Counted from the first letter of the stretch, positions 38,576 through 49,334 are shown. The stretch: 62,153 nt of DNA from an uncultured Candidatus Saccharibacteria bacterium (GCA_964486155.1 CAZAKQ010000002.1:1-62153), one strand, 5' to 3'. The notes: generated from the letters alone by a model not told the origin. Made by a program: numbers and translations.

Positions 38576-39118
38576 TTAATAAGACACTTTCCATGCTCTC
38601 TCTACTCTATCTTTTCTTAATGGATTACAAGTATTTTGTCCAAAAGATTTAATTATAGTTTCTTCTTCGGGTTCAGGATACTTAAAAAGTTCTACTTGAA
38701 CACAAGAATCATTTGAATAATTTAAATTAAAAGTATTGCGCCGACAATCTACTCCACAATCAGTATATGCAGTAACTATTGCTGTTTGTCCACTACAATC
38801 AATACTAACAGGAGAAGTACTAGTAGAAAAAACACCAGCCTTTATATCCCAATATAAAGCGCACTCCATTCCTCCATCAGCAGCGTAAAAGGCAAATATA
38901 GATTCTCTAGCACCTGATGACAAAATTACTTCTCTTAAAGCAATATTGAATATAGACATACCAATAACCAAAAATATATTTGCTAATAATAGAGCAATCA
39001 TTGATACAAAAGCTTTGTTGGAATGTTGGAAGTAAAAAAAAGAGGATGACTGAAAAAAACTTTGCTTCTTTTTTAAATTCAAATTATTTATTTTTTTAAT
39101 ATTTCTTATATTTGTCAT
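38576..39118 (-). CDS. pilus-associated membrane protein (PilX-like)
   Basis: Single N-terminal hydrophobic helix, Cys-rich C-terminal domain. Last gene of the minor-pilin block. Confidence 0.4.
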   Translation of the reverse strand: MTNIRNIKKINNLNLKKKQSFFQSSSFFYFQHSNKAFVSMIALLLANIFLVIGMSIFNIALREVILSSGARESIFAFYAADGGMECALYWDIKAGVFSTSTSPVSIDCSGQTAIVTAYTDCGVDCRRNTFNLNYSNDSCVQVELFKYPEPEEETIIKSFGQNTCNPLRKDRVERAWKVSY

Positions 39119-39197
39119 TTTAATTTAAAATTATTTTTAAATAAAATTTATGAAATAAATTTTTCCACTTTCTATCCTCTACATTTCATATTCTATA

Positions 39198-39776
39198 TTA
39201 CTGCCAATTAAATAATCTCTCTTTTATAGTAAATTGATGCTCATTTGGACCTCCAATCCAAAACATATTAACTACAATTTCAAGCTCTTTATTTGCTGTA
39301 ATTTCTGTAATTTGAACTTCTCTTCTAAAACGAGATTCATCTCCTGTTGAATAACCAAAAAGATAACTAGAAGAATTATATTTCAAATTTTCACAGTCAT
39401 TACTACAAGAATCGATACTTTCGTTTGGTGAATCTATTTTACATTTGCTTCCAATACAATCTGTTAGCCCATAAGTCCAGCTTCTTTCATTCAAAATATT
39501 ATTATCTCTAATATTTCTGATATACTCTATAGCTTCTTGCGCCAAATACATTGAAGTTATTTGACTTTTTGCTATTTTTGAAATAGATAAGCCTTTAGTT
39601 ACTAAAGTTAAAGGACCGGCCATAGCAATTATTAAAATAGTTATCGCTATGAAAGTTTCTATTAAAGTAAATCCAGCATTATTTCTTCTATTATGAAAAG
39701 TTATTTTAAATTTTAAATCTTCCTGTTGTTTAACAGTTTTAAAATAAGATTTAAAATTTAAGATTATTTTGTTCAT
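39198..39776 (-). CDS. prepilin-type minor pilin
   Basis: N-terminal methylation motif AGFTLIETFIAITIL. Confidence 0.7.
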   Translation of the reverse strand: MNKIILNFKSYFKTVKQQEDLKFKITFHNRRNNAGFTLIETFIAITILIIAMAGPLTLVTKGLSISKIAKSQITSMYLAQEAIEYIRNIRDNNILNERSWTYGLTDCIGSKCKIDSPNESIDSCSNDCENLKYNSSSYLFGYSTGDESRFRREVQITEITANKELEIVVNMFWIGGPNEHQFTIKERLFNWQ

Positions 39777-39809
39777 TATAATATTTTATTCTATTTTTCT
39801 ATTTCAAAA

Positions 39810-40412
39810 TTAATAATCAATTAATCTTTGAGTAACCGTTGTTTGTAAATTAAAATAAGTTTTTTCTTTTTCTTTTTCTCCTACATAACCCTTAGCTACA
39901 ATTAAAACTTTAGGTTGAATTAAATCATTAATATCCGATCCTGTTACTACAAAATATAAATCTTCTAAAATTAATTCTTCAGCTGTTAAAGAAAGAAAAT
40001 TGGCACCACTATCAACTGATTTATAGATTCCATTATTATCAAATCTAAAAACTACTTGATCATTAGGATTAAAAACATCTCCATCAAAAGGCTCAAAAGC
40101 AATTGAAGAATCACCAACCAAACAATCTCTAGTTAAAGTATAATCTCCTGAACCACAATGATAATAATAACCCGTTCTTATTTCACGAGACATCATTTCC
40201 ATAGCTAAATTTAAATTGTTTACAGCTGTTTGAATTGCTTGTGTTTGTTTATTTGCATGTAAGACATTTAATAATGCTCCCATACCTATTACCATAACTA
40301 AAGAAAAAATAGCAACAGCCGTTATCATTTCTACAAGAGTAAATCCTTTACTAGCTTTTAGGAAAAAATTAACTTGTAATTTTTCCTTATTTTTTTGTTT
40401 TAATGTTTTCAT
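39810..40412 (-). CDS. prepilin-type minor pilin
   Basis: KGFTLVEMITAVAIFSLV motif. Confidence 0.7.
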   Translation of the reverse strand: MKTLKQKNKEKLQVNFFLKASKGFTLVEMITAVAIFSLVMVIGMGALLNVLHANKQTQAIQTAVNNLNLAMEMMSREIRTGYYYHCGSGDYTLTRDCLVGDSSIAFEPFDGDVFNPNDQVVFRFDNNGIYKSVDSGANFLSLTAEELILEDLYFVVTGSDINDLIQPKVLIVAKGYVGEKEKEKTYFNLQTTVTQRLIDY

Positions 40413-40431
40413 ATTTTAATGTTTTAATGAT

Positions 40432-41016
40432 TTACTCTACTGAATTAACAGAAATTTGACCTATTCTATTTACAAAAATTCTTTTTTTGACTCCTTTAGG
40501 TGAAATAATATAAATATTAGCAGAATCATATATTTCTGTTCCTGAATCAGCTTTTATAACAGCGCTCGGATTAGGTCTCAAAAAAGCTATACTGATACTA
40601 CTTGGAGAACAATCACTTTCAACACATAAATCATCAACTTCATTTCCTCTAGACATTCTTAAAGTATCTACAACTTCATCTAAACCAGGATCATAAATGA
40701 AATTAGGAGTACTCACAGGATAAATATCTGCAAAAATAAAAAATTCATCTGAATTGATGTCAAAATAAACTCCATATCCTTCGTTAAAATCTCCAGCAGT
40801 TTGTTTAACTTGCACTCCATAAGATTGAGCTTGTCTGATAGCTAAAGAAATTTCATAAGCTAAATTTTCAACTATAACTTGACTATTAAATTGAGAATGA
40901 TTAAAAAAAACAAAACCTGATACTAGTGCTAAAATTGAAATTGTCACTAATAATTCAATTAATGAAAATCCAGCATTATCTCTTCTATTATAAAAATTTA
41001 AGATTATTTTGTTCAT
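40432..41016 (-). CDS. prepilin-type minor pilin
   Basis: AGFSLIELLVTISILAL motif. Start taken at MNKIILNF (TAATG overlap with the pilD stop). The first ~35 nt and upstream sequence duplicate those of the 39198 gene. Confidence 0.7.
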   Translation of the reverse strand: MNKIILNFYNRRDNAGFSLIELLVTISILALVSGFVFFNHSQFNSQVIVENLAYEISLAIRQAQSYGVQVKQTAGDFNEGYGVYFDINSDEFFIFADIYPVSTPNFIYDPGLDEVVDTLRMSRGNEVDDLCVESDCSPSSISIAFLRPNPSAVIKADSGTEIYDSANIYIISPKGVKKRIFVNRIGQISVNSVE

Positions 41017-41852
41017 TATAATATAAAATTCAAACTCCACACATTCCAATTAAAGAAAAAAACTAAAATCATTCCTATTATTAAGAAAGGCGCAAAAGGT
41101 AATTCACTTTTAATTGTAAAATCTTTAGATAAAAAAGACAATTGCTTACTGTGACTAATTTTTGATAATAATATTAAAAACAAACCGACTAAAGCTCCTA
41201 ACCAAACTCCTAAAATAATAGCTGACGAACCTTTAATTAATCCTAAAAACCAACCTATTCCCAAAGCTAATTTAGCATCTCCTAAACCTAACCATTTTCC
41301 TTTAGAAACAATCCACAAAAATATAAAAGGGAAAGCCAATATCGGTCCAGCCCAAAAAATAGACAAAAAACCAAAACCATCAAAACTTAAAATAAAAAAT
41401 CTAAACAAAGCTATCCCAGAAAATAAGAAAACCCAAAGATCAGGAATAATTTTATTATATAAATCATATACAAATATAATAATTAATAATGAAAAAATCA
41501 CCCATAACGACATTAAATCAAAAAATTGTAATATTGAAGATTGAGACATTGAGAATTGTTTGAAAGTTGTGAATTGTGAATTGAAAATTAGAAGAAATAG
41601 TGTCCCCGACACTATTTCGACCAAGGGGTATTGCCAAGAAATATTCTGTTTACATTTTTTACATTTGCCTTTTAAAAACAAAAAACTCAAAACAGGAATT
41701 AATTCATACCATGTTAGTTTTTTATGACAATTTGGGCATTCAGATCTTCCATTTAAAGATTTTTTCTCTTGTCGTAAAATAACCACATTCAAAAAACTAC
41801 CAATAATAGTTCCAAAAACAAACACGCTTATTCCCAAAAAATAATTTTCCAT
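41016..41852 (-). CDS. pilD: prepilin peptidase / N-methyltransferase (A24 family)
   Basis: CPNC..CKKC zinc-binding N-domain, YPLVEIVSG motif and multi-TM peptidase domain with GLGDAKL. Confidence 0.85.
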   Translation of the reverse strand: MENYFLGISVFVFGTIIGSFLNVVILRQEKKSLNGRSECPNCHKKLTWYELIPVLSFLFLKGKCKKCKQNISWQYPLVEIVSGTLFLLIFNSQFTTFKQFSMSQSSILQFFDLMSLWVIFSLLIIIFVYDLYNKIIPDLWVFLFSGIALFRFFILSFDGFGFLSIFWAGPILAFPFIFLWIVSKGKWLGLGDAKLALGIGWFLGLIKGSSAIILGVWLGALVGLFLILLSKISHSKQLSFLSKDFTIKSELPFAPFLIIGMILVFFFNWNVWSLNFIL

Positions 41853-41940
41853 TTATATAATTATATCATAATATGAAGTTTATTATATAAACAAAAAACC
41901 TACTGAGGAGTCCAACCCCTCAGTAGATTTTTTGTTTAGT

Positions 41941-42384
41941 TTAAGGCGCTACATTATACTCTCTTTCTGTATCACTTATATCTGTATCATTATCTTCTTT
42001 CAACAAAACATTATATTGTTGTAAAGTAGCACTCAAAGCATAATCTTGTCCACTACTTAATTGAGAATAAACATATTCCGAACCATTAGGATCATAAGAA
42101 ACATTTAAAAAACCATCTAATTGACCACTATATATACCGGACGGATAACTAGAATTAATATCATAATAAAGTTCCAAAGCTAATTGAATTTGTTTAATAT
42201 CAGATATTCTTCTTCCATCCTTAGCTCTTTCTCTTGTACCACTTAAAGACGTTAAAACTACTGAGGATAAAATACCTATAATAGCAACCACTACTAACAA
42301 TTCTGTTAAAGTAAAACCAAAATTAGTTTTCAAAAAAAGATTGTTTTGTAATTTTTTCTTATTTTTGTAGTCTAATATTGTCAT
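41941..42384 (-). CDS. type IV pilin (major-pilin-like)
   Basis: FGFTLTELLVVVAIIGILSSVVL prepilin N terminus. Confidence 0.8.
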   Translation of the reverse strand: MTILDYKNKKKLQNNLFLKTNFGFTLTELLVVVAIIGILSSVVLTSLSGTRERAKDGRRISDIKQIQLALELYYDINSSYPSGIYSGQLDGFLNVSYDPNGSEYVYSQLSSGQDYALSATLQQYNVLLKEDNDTDISDTEREYNVAP

Positions 42385-42404
42385 ATCTTAAAAACTTACA
42401 AATC

Positions 42405-42806
42405 TTACGAAGAAGTTATACAACCGGTTTCTGTACAAGTAATAGTCCAAGCATCTCCCTCTGAAGTAGAAGCTGAATAAGCCTCTGAACCGGAAGTAGT
42501 TACAGTAGCTCCATAACTCCAATTACTAGGCAATTCAGGATAAATTACTGAATCGGGACATAATACAGTTGTTCCACCAGTAGGAGTTCCACTAGTCAAA
42601 GTCTTTTCTTCGTTAATACAAATAATCAAATGAGAATGCAAAGATGACATTTGAGTTTGAGCTCTACCTAATCTTCCTCTTGCTCTAGCATCTCCCAAAG
42701 AAACTAAAACTATAGAAGACAAAATTCCTATAATAGCTACTACAACTAAAAGTTCTACTAAAGAAAAACCTTTTGATATTTTTTTATTTACTGGTTTATT
42801 TAACAT
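42405..42806 (-). CDS. type IV pilin (major-pilin-like)
   Basis: KGFSLVELLVVVAIIGILSSIVL. Confidence 0.8.
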   Translation of the reverse strand: MLNKPVNKKISKGFSLVELLVVVAIIGILSSIVLVSLGDARARGRLGRAQTQMSSLHSHLIICINEEKTLTSGTPTGGTTVLCPDSVIYPELPSNWSYGATVTTSGSEAYSASTSEGDAWTITCTETGCITSS

Positions 42807-42824
42807 AAATAATTTTAATTATTT

Positions 42825-43298
42825 TTAGTTACAACCGCTATCAAACCTTCCAATAGGACCTACAGCTGAATTAAGTCCAGCATTTAATTCTCCTGAACCA
42901 TACTCTAGATAAAAACAAATCTGAAAATCTTCAGTTCCTGCTCCAGCTGAACCGTCAGCAGCACTCAATGAATAACCACAAGCTCCGGTTGACGCACTAG
43001 AACAAGGAGTAGTACTTAAAGAAGGATCATTATAATCTGAGAAAAATGAAATATCTCCCGGACCTGTACAAGCACTGAACAAAGAATCTGCTGCTGTACA
43101 ACCAGTTAAAGCTACATTTCCAGTATCTGATTCAATTACTAATAACTTAACCATATCCTTTACATCTTCTAAACGACGAGCATCTCTCGCTTTTTCACGA
43201 GCTGTACCTAAAGAACTTAATACGACAGCTGCTAAAATTCCCATAATAGCCACCACAATCAATAATTCTATAAGAGAAAAACCTTTTTGTTTTTTCAT
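42825..43298 (-). CDS. type IV pilin (major-pilin-like, Cys/Gly/Ser-rich globular domain)
   Basis: KGFSLIELLIVVAIMGILAAVVL. First pilin gene after pilC. Confidence 0.8.
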   Translation of the reverse strand: MKKQKGFSLIELLIVVAIMGILAAVVLSSLGTAREKARDARRLEDVKDMVKLLVIESDTGNVALTGCTAADSLFSACTGPGDISFFSDYNDPSLSTTPCSSASTGACGYSLSAADGSAGAGTEDFQICFYLEYGSGELNAGLNSAVGPIGRFDSGCN

Positions 43299-43539
43299 AA
43301 ATATATTAGTTAAAAATTTTTAAAATCTAAGTTTACTTAAAAATTTATTTTAACTTACAAAATAAATATAACTTTTGATTCTATCAATTTTAACTCTACT
43401 TAATTAATAATTAATAATAAAATTATAAGACGATATAATTTATTTAATATATTATAACTCTAAGTTCTTTTAAAAAGGAAGTAAAGGTGGGGATAAAACA
43501 AATTCTTCAAATGATTTTTTATTCTTGGAATCTATTTTT

Positions 43540-44745
43540 TTAAATTGCTGAAGAAATATTGTAAATTGGCATTAAAACAGCTGCCATTAAACCACCAACT
43601 CCTAAACCTAGAAAAACAATCATTGCTGGCTCTATCATTCCTACCAACATATCAACCAAACCATTAACTTCTCTTTCGTAAAATCGTGAAAGAGTATCTA
43701 AAATTCCACTTAATTCTCCTGTTTCTTCTCCGATTCTTATCATCTGAACCATAATATTAGGAATTTCTTCATAGCCAGTCAAAGAATCCGATACCGAAAC
43801 ACCCGCTTTAATTTGTTTTACAGATTTATTTAAAATATCTTGATAAACGACACTATCTACTACAGTAGAAGTAGTTTCCATAGTCTTAACCATCGATACT
43901 CCACTAGCCAACATAGTTTGCATATTACCCAAAATTCTTGATAAATACATTTTTTTGTACAAATCTCCTATATACGGAGTTTTTAATTTAAATTTATCTA
44001 CAGATAATTTACCTACCGGAGTTTTAGCAAATCTAAAAAACATAAAAATACCAATAACTAAAAATACTAGTAAAAATAGTCCGTAATTTAACAAAAAATC
44101 ACTTATAGCAATCACAGCTCTTGTAAGAATAGGTAATTCTTGTCCAGCATCAATCAAAATAGAACTAATTTTAGGAATAACCATTGTAAACATTAAAACC
44201 ATAACTACAACAAAGACAATGATTACAAAAAGAGGATAAACCAAGGCATTTTTTACCTTAGATAATAATTCATAACCTCTATCTAAATGTTTAGCTAAAA
44301 AAGAAAAAGTTTCATTTAATTTTCCTGATTCCTCTCCAGATTTTATCATATTGATATAAAAACTAGAAAATACCTTAGGGTGTTTAGATAACGCTAAAGA
44401 TATCTGTGCTCCTCCTTGTATATCATCAGCTACCTTAGACAAGACTCTCCTTAAAGCAGGGTTTTCTGATTCATTTCCTAATAGACGAAAAACTCTTAAA
44501 GCTGACACATGCGAACCAAATAAAGTAGAAAGTTGTTTAGATAAAATAACCACATCCTTATGAGAAACTTTTTGCAAAAAAGTAAATTCTATATCCAGAA
44601 GTCCTTTTTTATTTACTTCACCTATATAAGTGATTACATAACCTCTATCTTGCAACGAAGAAATAGCTACTTCTTCATTAATAGCTTCTATTCTTCCCTC
44701 TTTCTCTATTCCTTTTTGATTTACTATTTTATATTTAAATAACAT
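43540..44745 (-). CDS. pilC: type IV pilus platform protein (GspF family)
   Basis: Two GspF repeats, 3-TM topology, 401 aa. Confidence 0.9.
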   Translation of the reverse strand: MLFKYKIVNQKGIEKEGRIEAINEEVAISSLQDRGYVITYIGEVNKKGLLDIEFTFLQKVSHKDVVILSKQLSTLFGSHVSALRVFRLLGNESENPALRRVLSKVADDIQGGAQISLALSKHPKVFSSFYINMIKSGEESGKLNETFSFLAKHLDRGYELLSKVKNALVYPLFVIIVFVVVMVLMFTMVIPKISSILIDAGQELPILTRAVIAISDFLLNYGLFLLVFLVIGIFMFFRFAKTPVGKLSVDKFKLKTPYIGDLYKKMYLSRILGNMQTMLASGVSMVKTMETTSTVVDSVVYQDILNKSVKQIKAGVSVSDSLTGYEEIPNIMVQMIRIGEETGELSGILDTLSRFYEREVNGLVDMLVGMIEPAMIVFLGLGVGGLMAAVLMPIYNISSAI

Positions 44746-44775
44746 AATAATTTGTTAAAAACCTAAAGAATATTT

Positions 44776-45837
44776 TTAATTTAAATTTCTACTTAATTCT
44801 TTTGATCTATAAGAATATTTTTTAGCATTTTCTAAAGTAATTTCTCCCATTCGGACTAATTCTTCTAAAGATTTATTCAAACTAATCATTCCTTCTTTAG
44901 AAGAAGTTTCAATTACATTATTAATCTCAAAAGTTCTCCCTTCTCTAATCAAATTTGCCGTAGCATTATTATTTATCATTAATTCATAAGCAGGAATCAT
45001 TCCTCCTGAAATTCTAGGGATTAGTCTCTGAGAAAAAATACCCAACAAAGAAGCAGCTAATTGGATTTTTATTTGGCCTTGCTGTTCAGGAGGGAACACA
45101 TCAATTATTCTATCTATAGTTTGCGCAGCATTATTTGTGTGTAAGGTAGAAAAAACTAAGTGTCCTGTTTCAGCTGCAGTAACGGAAGTAGATATAGTTT
45201 CTAAGCCTCTCATTTCTCCAATCATTAACACATCAACATCTTGTCGAAACATTGATTTTAAAGCAGTTGGAAAATCTTTTGTATCTATTTTAATTTCTCG
45301 CTGATCTATCATAGACTTTCCTTTTTGAAAAATATATTCAACAGGATCTTCTATTGTCATTATATGTTCAGCCCTAGATTGATTAATCATCTCTATCATA
45401 GAAGATAATGTCGTTGATTTTCCATGCCCCATAGGTCCTACTACTAAAAAAAATCCCTGTTGTTTTTGAATAAAATTCTCTAAAATAGAAGGTAAATTAA
45501 GCTCATTTAAAGTTTTTACTTTCTTAGGAATCAACCTTAAACTTATTCCTATTGATTTTTGAGCAAAAAAACAACTTCCTCTAAAACGAGACTTTGAAGT
45601 TTCATAAGAAAAATCTATCTCTTTATTCTTTAAAAATTCTTCTACTTGCTTAGGGCTAAGAAGAATATTTAATATTTCTTTCATATCTTCAGAACTAAGA
45701 ACAGACATAGACTCTAAATAATGCAATAGCCCATGTACTCTAATTACAGGATGTTCTCCTTCAGCCAAATGAATATCAGATCCATTTTCTTTAATAACAG
45801 CCTCTATTAAACTTTCTACTAATTGTTTATAATCCAT
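44776..45837 (-). CDS. pilT: twitching-motility retraction ATPase
   Basis: Walker A GPMGHGKSTT, Asp box and His box (GHLVFSTLHTNNA), 353 aa. Confidence 0.9.
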   Translation of the reverse strand: MDYKQLVESLIEAVIKENGSDIHLAEGEHPVIRVHGLLHYLESMSVLSSEDMKEILNILLSPKQVEEFLKNKEIDFSYETSKSRFRGSCFFAQKSIGISLRLIPKKVKTLNELNLPSILENFIQKQQGFFLVVGPMGHGKSTTLSSMIEMINQSRAEHIMTIEDPVEYIFQKGKSMIDQREIKIDTKDFPTALKSMFRQDVDVLMIGEMRGLETISTSVTAAETGHLVFSTLHTNNAAQTIDRIIDVFPPEQQGQIKIQLAASLLGIFSQRLIPRISGGMIPAYELMINNNATANLIREGRTFEINNVIETSSKEGMISLNKSLEELVRMGEITLENAKKYSYRSKELSRNLN

Positions 45838-45982
45838 GATTGTTTAAATTAATTATATTATATTTTTTAAAATTCGTCACATAAGTTTGTGTATAGTAAA
45901 TTATATTCACAATTTAATTTTCAATTCACAATTCTCAATCCGCCAGCTGGCGAATCAATCAATGAATTAATTATCAATTTTC

Positions 45983-46080
45983 AAACACGAATTTTGGCTC
46001 CGCCAAAATTCGTCAACATTGGAAATTTAAACATTGAAAATTCCTTGAAAATTATGAATTATGAATTGAAAATTTTTTTA
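45983..46080. repeat. intergenic repeat in the pilB-pilT spacer (58-nt core identical to 49442-49499)
   Basis: attttggctccgccaaaattcgtcaacattggaaatttaaacattgaaaattccttga at 45991-46048. Confidence 0.9.
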
Positions 46081-47805
46081 AAGTTTATTTGCTTCTTCAA
46101 ACGGAATAATCTTTTTAAAAGCTTTAATTAGAGCATCTTGTTTCATAGTAACCATTCCTTTTCCCATTACAACTTTTTCAATAGAAACTGAATCAGGACT
46201 CTTTAAAATAATTTCTTCTATATCTGAATCCATTTCAATAACTTCGTAAACTCCTGTTCTTCCTTTCATTCCTTGAGGGTTTCCTTCTATAGGAGTAGCT
46301 TCATAAACACTATCTGGAACTTCTATATCCTTTCTATATTCTTCAGGCAGACTTTCAAAAGCTTTATCTATCATCATTTTAATACTTCCTTCTATAGGAA
46401 TAGCCTTACCAGATCCTTCTGCTAATTTTCTAGTCAATCTTTGAGCAATAGCTACTATTAAAGTAGGAGCAATTAAATAAGGATCTACTCCCATTTCAAT
46501 CAATCTAGGAATAACTCCAACCGCATTATTAGTATGGATAGTAGACAAAACTAAATGACCTGTTAAAGCTGCCTGAATAGCCAAACCAGCAGTTTCTTTA
46601 TCTCTAATCTCACCTACCATAATTACATCTGGATCTTGTCTTAAAGTTGTTCTCAGTCCACTAGCAAAAGTATATCCTATTTCTGGACGAACTTGAGATT
46701 GACTTACTCCTTCTACGTTTTTTTCTACAGGGTCTTCTAAACTCAATACATTTTTACTTAATCGATCCACTTCATTTAGAATTGAATATAAAGTCGTGGT
46801 TTTTCCTGAACCAGTCGGACCTGAAATCAAAACTAATCCATGAGATTTCCTTATCCCTTTTTTAATAATAGATGAATTCTTTTCGCTCAAACCTAATTGT
46901 TCAAGCTTAGGTACTCCTTCATTAGATTCTAAAAGACGCATTACAACCTTTTCTCCATAATAAGTGGGAAAAGTAGAGACTCTAAAGTCAACTTTTGCTT
47001 CGTCAATCATCGCTGAAAAACGACCATCTTGAGGTTTTCTTTTTTCATCTAATCTCATTTGAGCTAGAATTTTAATTCTAGCTACAACAGCCCCATGGAC
47101 TTTAATCGGTAAAACTAAATGAGTTGATAAAACTCCATCTATTCTAAAACGAACACGAACCTTTTCTCCTACATGCTCAATATGAACATCAGAAGCACTT
47201 CCTTCATGAGCAAATCTTAAAATAGTAGCTACTATTTTAGTTACGGGAGCATCTTCTGTAATAGTTGCTTCTAATTTTTTCTTATCTTTATTTACTTTAT
47301 TTACAGCACTGCTGATCTTAGCTTCTTCTTCTGTTAACTCTAACTCTAATTCAGTCAAAGCTTGGGAAACCTCCCCTCTTAAACCACGGTATCCATCAAT
47401 AATCAATTCAAAATCACTAAAAGAAATTACAAAAAGTTTAAAAGGTAACCCTATCTTAGAAGAAATAAACTGAATAGCATCTCGAGCTTCAATATTAGAA
47501 GGATCCATTATTCCTATCTCCAAAAAATTATCTACAACTCCCAAAGGAACAAATTTATAATGCAAAGCTGATTTCTCAGGAACATATTTAAGAGCTTTAT
47601 TTGAAAAATTATCTATACTTAAATCTTTAGAAGGTAAATTAAAAAACTCCTCTTTAGCTTTAAGGATTTCTTGTTTAGCTATACCGTTTTTAATAAGAAT
47701 TAAATCTAAGTTAGCATCTTCATCTGTAGCTAAACTTTTTTTTACTATAGCTAGCAATTCAGGCGTAACTATATTCTTTTTAGATAAAATATCTAAATAA
47801 CTCAT
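46078..47805 (-). CDS. pilB: type IV pilus assembly ATPase (GspE family)
   Basis: N-terminal GspII-like domain, Walker A GPTGSGKTTT, GHLVLSTIHTNNA. Confidence 0.9.
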   Translation of the reverse strand: MSYLDILSKKNIVTPELLAIVKKSLATDEDANLDLILIKNGIAKQEILKAKEEFFNLPSKDLSIDNFSNKALKYVPEKSALHYKFVPLGVVDNFLEIGIMDPSNIEARDAIQFISSKIGLPFKLFVISFSDFELIIDGYRGLRGEVSQALTELELELTEEEAKISSAVNKVNKDKKKLEATITEDAPVTKIVATILRFAHEGSASDVHIEHVGEKVRVRFRIDGVLSTHLVLPIKVHGAVVARIKILAQMRLDEKRKPQDGRFSAMIDEAKVDFRVSTFPTYYGEKVVMRLLESNEGVPKLEQLGLSEKNSSIIKKGIRKSHGLVLISGPTGSGKTTTLYSILNEVDRLSKNVLSLEDPVEKNVEGVSQSQVRPEIGYTFASGLRTTLRQDPDVIMVGEIRDKETAGLAIQAALTGHLVLSTIHTNNAVGVIPRLIEMGVDPYLIAPTLIVAIAQRLTRKLAEGSGKAIPIEGSIKMMIDKAFESLPEEYRKDIEVPDSVYEATPIEGNPQGMKGRTGVYEVIEMDSDIEEIILKSPDSVSIEKVVMGKGMVTMKQDALIKAFKKIIPFEEANKL

Positions 47806-47874
47806 ATAATTTCAAACAAAGTTTTATAAAAAATTTATTTTCAATATAATTTTTTATAAAACCTAACTCTTAAA

Positions 47875-48189
47875 TTATTCTTCAATTTCAATATCTAACA
47901 TGAAATCTTCAAAAGGGTTATTTCTTCCTAATTCTTTTTCATCCAACTCAATACTGAAATCTATCAATTCTTTAAAAGCAATATCTTCAAAAATACTGTT
48001 GTCTAATTTTAAAGATTTCAAAGCTAATAGTATCTCTAAAGTTTCTTTACTTACTTCATTTATATTTCCTTTTATAGAAGTTAATTGTGAACTAGCTGAA
48101 ACATTAGATCTTCCTAAAATCAGAAACAAAGCTATTAATACAATTACTAATATTAAGATATTTCGTTTTTTTAAAATTATATTAAACAT
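47875..48189 (-). CDS. small membrane-anchored protein of the pilus operon
   Basis: 104 aa with an N-terminal TM. Position between pilO and pilB. Confidence 0.4.
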   Translation of the reverse strand: MFNIILKKRNILILVIVLIALFLILGRSNVSASSQLTSIKGNINEVSKETLEILLALKSLKLDNSIFEDIAFKELIDFSIELDEKELGRNNPFEDFMLDIEIEE

Positions 48190-48193
48190 TATT

Positions 48194-48733
48194 TTATTCT
48201 TCTAACCAATAAGTTTTAAAATTTAATTTAAATTGATATAAACTTAATTTACTCGATTCAAAAGAAAGTTCATTAATATCCATAATCCTCAAACTAGAAC
48301 TAAGATCATCTAAAAACTTTATGAAATCTTTATAAGAAGCTTCTATTTTTAGATTTAAATTAATAGTATTATATCCTTTAGTATTTGGTCCTAATGAATC
48401 TGTTTCATCAGCGGAAATTCCCACATCTACTTTTCTGATTGTAGCTCCATATTTAGAAGCCATCGAATCTATTTCCATTATTAATTTAACATTATCTACA
48501 TTATTTGGAACTATCTTTTCTAGTCGGTCAATGTCTTCTGGATTAAAGGTATTATATTTTGACAACAAAGCATCTCTCACTCCTCGTAATTCTTTTGACT
48601 TATCTAAAGCCTCATCGTATTGAATCTTTTCTATTTTTAATTTTTTTATTTCTTGATAATTAGGATCAATAAAAAAATAAGCTAAAGCCCCAGATAATAG
48701 TATTAAAAATATTGGTGTAGCGAACTTAAACAT
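48194..48733 (-). CDS. pilO: pilus assembly protein PilO-like
   Basis: N-terminal TM, coiled coil and a ferredoxin-like C-terminal region. Operon position. Confidence 0.6.
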   Translation of the reverse strand: MFKFATPIFLILLSGALAYFFIDPNYQEIKKLKIEKIQYDEALDKSKELRGVRDALLSKYNTFNPEDIDRLEKIVPNNVDNVKLIMEIDSMASKYGATIRKVDVGISADETDSLGPNTKGYNTINLNLKIEASYKDFIKFLDDLSSSLRIMDINELSFESSKLSLYQFKLNFKTYWLEE

Positions 48734-48743
48734 AATGTTATTT

Positions 48744-49334
48744 TTATTCCAATTTACTTAAATTATCCTTATAAGAAATTAATTTTGGATCTATTTTCAT
48801 ACTAACAGTAAAAATAATATCACCTAAAGTATTTACTCCTAAATCTGAAAAAATAGGATTTATAATATTCTTATTTTTACCTAAAATATCTGATTGAATT
48901 GCAATTGCTGCGTAACTACTAGCCTTTCCATCTAATGTTAACATATACCCTTCTTTAGTAATTTCAAAATTAAAATTATCAAACATCACTTCTTTTAAGG
49001 TATTTTTCTCTAAAAAACTAAATAAATGAACTAAAGAAGTATGCTTATTCAAAATTTCTTTAGTAACCTCTACTCTTTTATCAAATTTAGAAAGTTTTTG
49101 GATTAAAGCCAAATCCAAGCCTCCTTTTTCTTTCTCTAAAATAATATTTTTATTTACTATATTACTTTCCAAAAATCCTTTATAAAAATAAACCCCTGCC
49201 GAAGCAACCAAAACAGCTACAAAAACAAAAGAAGACACAGCTACAGATAAGCCTACAAACTTTTTACCTGATTTTTTTTCAGAGTAATCTTTTTTTGGAA
49301 TAAAAGAAGTTTCCATCATATATATATTATACAT
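48744..49334 (-). CDS. pilN: pilus assembly protein PilN-like
   Basis: Single TM after a short cytoplasmic N terminus. Follows pilM. Confidence 0.5.
   Translation of the reverse strand: MYNIYMMETSFIPKKDYSEKKSGKKFVGLSVAVSSFVFVAVLVASAGVYFYKGFLESNIVNKNIILEKEKGGLDLALIQKLSKFDKRVEVTKEILNKHTSLVHLFSFLEKNTLKEVMFDNFNFEITKEGYMLTLDGKASSYAAIAIQSDILGKNKNIINPIFSDLGVNTLGDIIFTVSMKIDPKLISYKDNLSKLE

Noticed and set aside
45889-46131. 80-aa plus-strand ORF in the pilB-pilT spacer
   Set aside because: It lies entirely in the low-complexity repeat region, which is duplicated at 49.4 kb, and it overlaps the pilB 3' end on the opposite strand. It is best explained as a repeat, not a gene.
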